Positions 60,153 through 64,000 of a DNA stretch of 64,000 nt are shown one piece after another. Position 1 is the first letter of the stretch. The number at the start of each line of letters is the position of its first letter. This stretch comes from Nitrosopumilus sp. GTDB taxonomy: Archaea > Thermoproteota > Nitrososphaeria > Nitrososphaerales > Nitrosopumilaceae. The position numbers and the translations under genes are program-made. The stretch is from the NCBI GenBank assembly GCA_965218785.1, contig OZ244650.1:768001-832000 (forward strand), read 5' to 3'. A model generated the notes under the pieces. That model ran no database searches and was not told the origin of the DNA. It saw only the letters and a list, made by a program, of their open reading frames with translations.

Positions 60153-61223
60153 ATGAATTTATTTTATAACTTGAGTAATACCCTACAAAAAAATCCCGGC
60201 TATAAAAAATACGTGGCTGATTCCAGACTTCAATACTTTAAACCGCATGCCACCAAAATTGAAAAGACGTTTGCAGAAGAGATTGCCGCCAGTCTGAGCA
60301 ATGACTCCAAATTCATAAATCCAAAGTTCTTTTATGATAAAAAGGGCTCAAACCTGTTTGAAAAAATATGTGATTTACCAGAGTATTACCCCACTCGGAC
60401 TGAGATTGCCATCCTAAAGAGCATGCAAGACGGGCTGCTCTCCCCGTATCTTGCCGGAGATCAGTTCCGTCTAGTTGAACTCGGATCCGGTGCGTCAGTA
60501 AAAACCCGGCTGATTCTTGATGTTCTTATGACGCTGCAAAAACAGACAGAGTACGTACCAATCGACATCTCTGAAATTCTCGCCGAAAGCTCAGAGCAGC
60601 TATTATCGGATTATACACGCCTGCACATCACGGGTATCATCGATACGTATGACGGCGGTCTGGAGTTTCTCAAAAACTATGATGATAAAAAAAACCTGAT
60701 ACTGTTTCTGGGATCCAGTTTTGGCAATTTCTCACCGGGGGATGGCCGTGAATTCCTGCGGAGAATCAACTCGACTATGAAACAGGGTGACCTCTTTTTG
60801 ATAGGACTAGACCTGGTAAAAGATGTGCAGACCCTGGAATCCGCATATGATGATATGCAGGGGATTACTGCCGAGTTTAACCTCAACGTCTTATCCCGGA
60901 TTAATGACGAGCTTGATGCCGACTTTGATTTGGGGAATTTTGAGCATCATGCCATATATGATAAAGAGCATCAAAGAGTGGAGATGTATCTGAGATCAGT
61001 TGTGACACAGTCAGTCGTGATATCAAAATCCAATCTGTTGTTACATCTGGCAAAAAACGAGTTGATCCACACGGAGCACTCGCAAAAGTTTGTGCTATCT
61101 CACATTCGTGAGATGCTCCACGATGCGGGATTTGAGATAAAACACATCTGGCTTGATGAAAAAAAGTATTTTTCACTGACTCTGGCATCAAAACTAGATG
61201 TTACTGGCACATCTGAATCCTGA
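60153..61223 (+). CDS. egtD: L-histidine N-alpha-methyltransferase (ergothioneine biosynthesis)
   Basis: PKFFYD-x-x-GS-x-LFE-x-I-x-x-LPEYYPTRTE, ELGSG-x-x-x-KT, FLGSSFGN, AYDD-x-x-GITAEFN, TEHSQKF; start may be the TTG at 60171. Confidence 0.93.
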   Translation: MNLFYNLSNTLQKNPGYKKYVADSRLQYFKPHATKIEKTFAEEIAASLSNDSKFINPKFFYDKKGSNLFEKICDLPEYYPTRTEIAILKSMQDGLLSPYLAGDQFRLVELGSGASVKTRLILDVLMTLQKQTEYVPIDISEILAESSEQLLSDYTRLHITGIIDTYDGGLEFLKNYDDKKNLILFLGSSFGNFSPGDGREFLRRINSTMKQGDLFLIGLDLVKDVQTLESAYDDMQGITAEFNLNVLSRINDELDADFDLGNFEHHAIYDKEHQRVEMYLRSVVTQSVVISKSNLLLHLAKNELIHTEHSQKFVLSHIREMLHDAGFEIKHIWLDEKKYFSLTLASKLDVTGTSES

Positions 61224-62609
61224 GAACTGCCACCTCTCATCTAATCTGAAGAAATTCCTGTAGCTTGCCCTAATTGAGATTTTCGGGGTTGCAAACGAGC
61301 CTCCCCTCAGCACCTTCTGATTTGTAAACCACTTGTCGTTGTATTCATCAAATCCTGATTTGAATCCTGGGTACCCGGTAAACTCTGAGGATGTCCACTC
61401 CCACACATCCCCAATCATCTGCTGGCATCCTGCAGGACTGGCACCGTCTGGGTATGCCCCTATCTCCGTGCACCCCCAGTGATGTGACTCTAGCAGGTTG
61501 CATCTCTGCTCTGTGGTGTGCGTATCCCCCCACGGGTATACTGTTTTCTCCTGGCTTTTCTCACTCCAGCATGCTGCCTTTTCCCACTCTGCCTCTGTTG
61601 GCAGTCTCTTTCCTGCCCATTTGCAGTATGCGTCTGCCTCATAGTAGCTGACGTGGCATACTGGCTCGTCTGGATTGATCTTATTTGCACCCCTGAAATT
61701 TCTGACACGCCACGTATCATCGGCCTTCTCCCAGTACATGGGCGCACACCAGCCGTTCTCTTTTACTTTCTCCCATCCGTCTGATAGCCAGTACCGGTAC
61801 GTGCCGTATCCTCCGTCCTCGATGAATTCCATATACTGCCGGTTTGTTATCGGAAAGACATCCATGGTGTAGTCATTCAGGTATACCCTGTGTTCTGGGA
61901 GTTCTATATCGTAACAGTATTGATCCCCGTTGTATCCCAGTGCGTATATCCCGCCTTTGATGTGTACATCTCCTTTTTTGACGTTTGCTGGTTTTGCCGG
62001 TGTGTCATTTTTTGTAACTGGTGTATACTGTTCTGCAAGCAGGTGCTGCAAGTCATACACCAAAAGTTCCTGATGCTGGCATTCATGATGAAATCCCATG
62101 GTGATCAGCCGGGTCTGCTCGTCGTCTAGCTCGTGTGTCCCGATGAGCTTCTCCATTCTTTGGTTAATCGTGTTAAAATACTGGAAGATCTGTTCAGTTG
62201 TCGGTCTTGAATTTATCCCGCGCTGCCCCTTTTCGTGCGGGACTCCAAACTGCTGATAGTAGGAGTTTAGATACTCTGTAAATTCCTTAGAGTAAAACTC
62301 GTAATTCTTCTCAATCTTGCTCATGACCACCTCGTAGATCCAGCTGACATGACCTACGTGCCATTTTGCCGGGCTGGTAAAAGCCGCGGTCTGTACAACA
62401 AAGTCGTCTTTCTCCAGTGTCTTTACTAGTTCTGCGGTTGTATCCCTAGTCTGCCTGAACCGTTCCAGCAGGGATCTTTGCTGTGTTAATTCCTGGTTTG
62501 AGGTCAATTGAAAAACCCTGATTTTTGCATGATTATATTTGTGTGGGTTATCTAGTAACCCCTGGCAAAGACTGGAATCACGGTGCTTTGCTGCTGGCAA
62601 TACACGCAT
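61194..62609 (-). CDS. egtB: Sulfoxide synthase EgtB (DinB_2 plus FGE-sulfatase)
   Basis: SPAKWHVGH, LNSYY, HHECQHQELL, RLPTEAEWEKAA, GDVWEWT, YRNFF; true start probably near 62508. Confidence 0.93.
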   Translation of the reverse strand: MRVLPAAKHRDSSLCQGLLDNPHKYNHAKIRVFQLTSNQELTQQRSLLERFRQTRDTTAELVKTLEKDDFVVQTAAFTSPAKWHVGHVSWIYEVVMSKIEKNYEFYSKEFTEYLNSYYQQFGVPHEKGQRGINSRPTTEQIFQYFNTINQRMEKLIGTHELDDEQTRLITMGFHHECQHQELLVYDLQHLLAEQYTPVTKNDTPAKPANVKKGDVHIKGGIYALGYNGDQYCYDIELPEHRVYLNDYTMDVFPITNRQYMEFIEDGGYGTYRYWLSDGWEKVKENGWCAPMYWEKADDTWRVRNFRGANKINPDEPVCHVSYYEADAYCKWAGKRLPTEAEWEKAACWSEKSQEKTVYPWGDTHTTEQRCNLLESHHWGCTEIGAYPDGASPAGCQQMIGDVWEWTSSEFTGYPGFKSGFDEYNDKWFTNQKVLRGGSFATPKISIRASYRNFFRLDERWQFSGFRCASNI

Positions 62610-63997
62610 TTTTTAGACGTATCCTCTGCCTTAAAGGGAATCACCCTGATATCTGCGCCTGTCTCTTCTTTTATCTTCTCCTCGCATTCGGTTTTCCCGC
62701 ACCAGGGGGCATAAAGGAATCCGCCTGTCTCTATCTTTGATTTGAATTCTGTGTAATCTGAGATATTGATGATCTGTCCTTCTGATCGTTTTCTGGCGGC
62801 ATTTAGCATGTCAGTCTGAATTTCATCTAGTGTTACGGGGATGTCCTTGATATCTGTAAATGGCATCTTTGATTTTTCCTGATTGTATCTTTTTGCCATG
62901 ACGATACAGTTCTGTTCGATATCCTTGGGTCCTATCTCTATTCGTATCGGAACCCCCTTTAACTCCCAGTCATTGAACTTGTATCCTGGTGATAATCCCT
63001 CCCTGTCATCAACATGAACCCTGACATTCATTGATTCCAGGTCTTTTTTGATCTCTGAGACCTTGGCTAGTATCGCTGTTTTGATGTTATCATCATTTTT
63101 GTATATTGGGACAACTACCACCTGCATTGGTGCCACCTTTGGCGGTAGAACCAAACCGCGGTCATCACCGTGTATCATGATCATCGCGCCAATCAGCCTC
63201 CAGGAGACACCCCACGATGTCTGCCATGCAAAGTGCTCCACGTTGTCCTTGTCTGCAAACTTTACCTCAAAGGGTTTGGAGAAGTTCTGCCCCAGAAAAT
63301 GCGAGGTGCCCATCTGTAACGCCTTCCCATCAGGCATAACCGACTCCATGGTAGTAGTGTATACGGCACCGACAAATTTCTCTTTCTCGCTCTTTTTTCC
63401 CACAGTCACCGGAATTGCCAGCTCGTCTTGGACCGTATCCTTGTATATTTCCAGGATTGCCATCACCTCTGCCTCTGCCTCTTTTTGTGTGGTGTGTACG
63501 GTGTGCCCCTCCTGCCATAGAAACTCTGATGTTCTAAGAAACGGCTTTGTTCCCTTGATTTCCGCTCTTAGTGCGGTATTCCAGAAGTTAATCTTTAGCG
63601 GTAAGTCCCTCCAGCTTTGAATCCATTTGGCGTATAACGTGTATGCCAGAGTTTCTGATGTCGGTCTTAATGCGAGCCTGTCTCCAATCTCGTTCTCACC
63701 GGAGTGTGTGACCCAGAACACTTCGGGATTGAATCCTGCAAAGTGTTTTTTTTCCTTTCCTAATAGTGATTCCGGGATTAGTATCGGCAGAAATCCGTTT
63801 CTTATGTTGTTGGCTGCAAATTTCTTATCAAACGTGTTCCGTAATGACTCCCAGATGGAGTATCCGTCCGGTCTGAGAACGATTAATCCTTTTACCGGGG
63901 CGTAATCTGCGAGTTTGGCCTTTAGTACCACCTGGGTGTACCACTCGCTGAAATCCTCCTTTTTTGAAACCGTAATGCCCTTCTCTTCCCTGCTCAC
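62552..63997 (-). CDS. proS: Prolyl-tRNA synthetase (archaeal/eukaryal type)
   Basis: FSEWY, LRPTSET, PFLRTSEFLWQEGHT, QTSWGVSWR, HGDDRGLVLPP, FARGY. Confidence 0.97.
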   Translation of the reverse strand: MSREEKGITVSKKEDFSEWYTQVVLKAKLADYAPVKGLIVLRPDGYSIWESLRNTFDKKFAANNIRNGFLPILIPESLLGKEKKHFAGFNPEVFWVTHSGENEIGDRLALRPTSETLAYTLYAKWIQSWRDLPLKINFWNTALRAEIKGTKPFLRTSEFLWQEGHTVHTTQKEAEAEVMAILEIYKDTVQDELAIPVTVGKKSEKEKFVGAVYTTTMESVMPDGKALQMGTSHFLGQNFSKPFEVKFADKDNVEHFAWQTSWGVSWRLIGAMIMIHGDDRGLVLPPKVAPMQVVVVPIYKNDDNIKTAILAKVSEIKKDLESMNVRVHVDDREGLSPGYKFNDWELKGVPIRIEIGPKDIEQNCIVMAKRYNQEKSKMPFTDIKDIPVTLDEIQTDMLNAARKRSEGQIINISDYTEFKSKIETGGFLYAPWCGKTECEEKIKEETGADIRVIPFKAEDTSKKCVYCQQQSTVIPVFARGY

Positions 63998-64000
63998 GGG

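Overview
This is a chromosomal segment of an ammonia-oxidising archaeon (Nitrosopumilus-like Thaumarchaeota/Nitrososphaerota), inferred from gene content and order. The backbone carries metG (3' end), ilvC, methylmalonyl-CoA mutase subunits with meaB and the epimerase, ppdK, cofC/cofD, RNase P RNA, a geranylgeranyl reductase, thaumarchaeosortase, Dpo4, Alba, deoxyhypusine synthase, ino1, smc, egtD/egtB and proS. Several AT-rich accessory islands interrupt it and hold transposase relics and toxin-antitoxin modules, most with a broken toxin beside an intact antitoxin. Three structures stand out. (1) A 500-bp non-autonomous IS6-like element (44852-45351; 51-bp TIRs, exact 8-bp TSD) carries an 85-nt tRNA gene with a Leu-type body and an Asp (GTC) anticodon. 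(2) A family of ~47-bp palindromes with IS6-like ends marks cassette boundaries at 48.0-53.2 kb, including three diverged copies of a 47-aa putative antitoxin beside a single intact GNAT toxin. (3) A second GTC-loop tRNA half lies between CTGTCAACT inverted repeats. All calls come from reading the sequence and motifs; no database searches were run.
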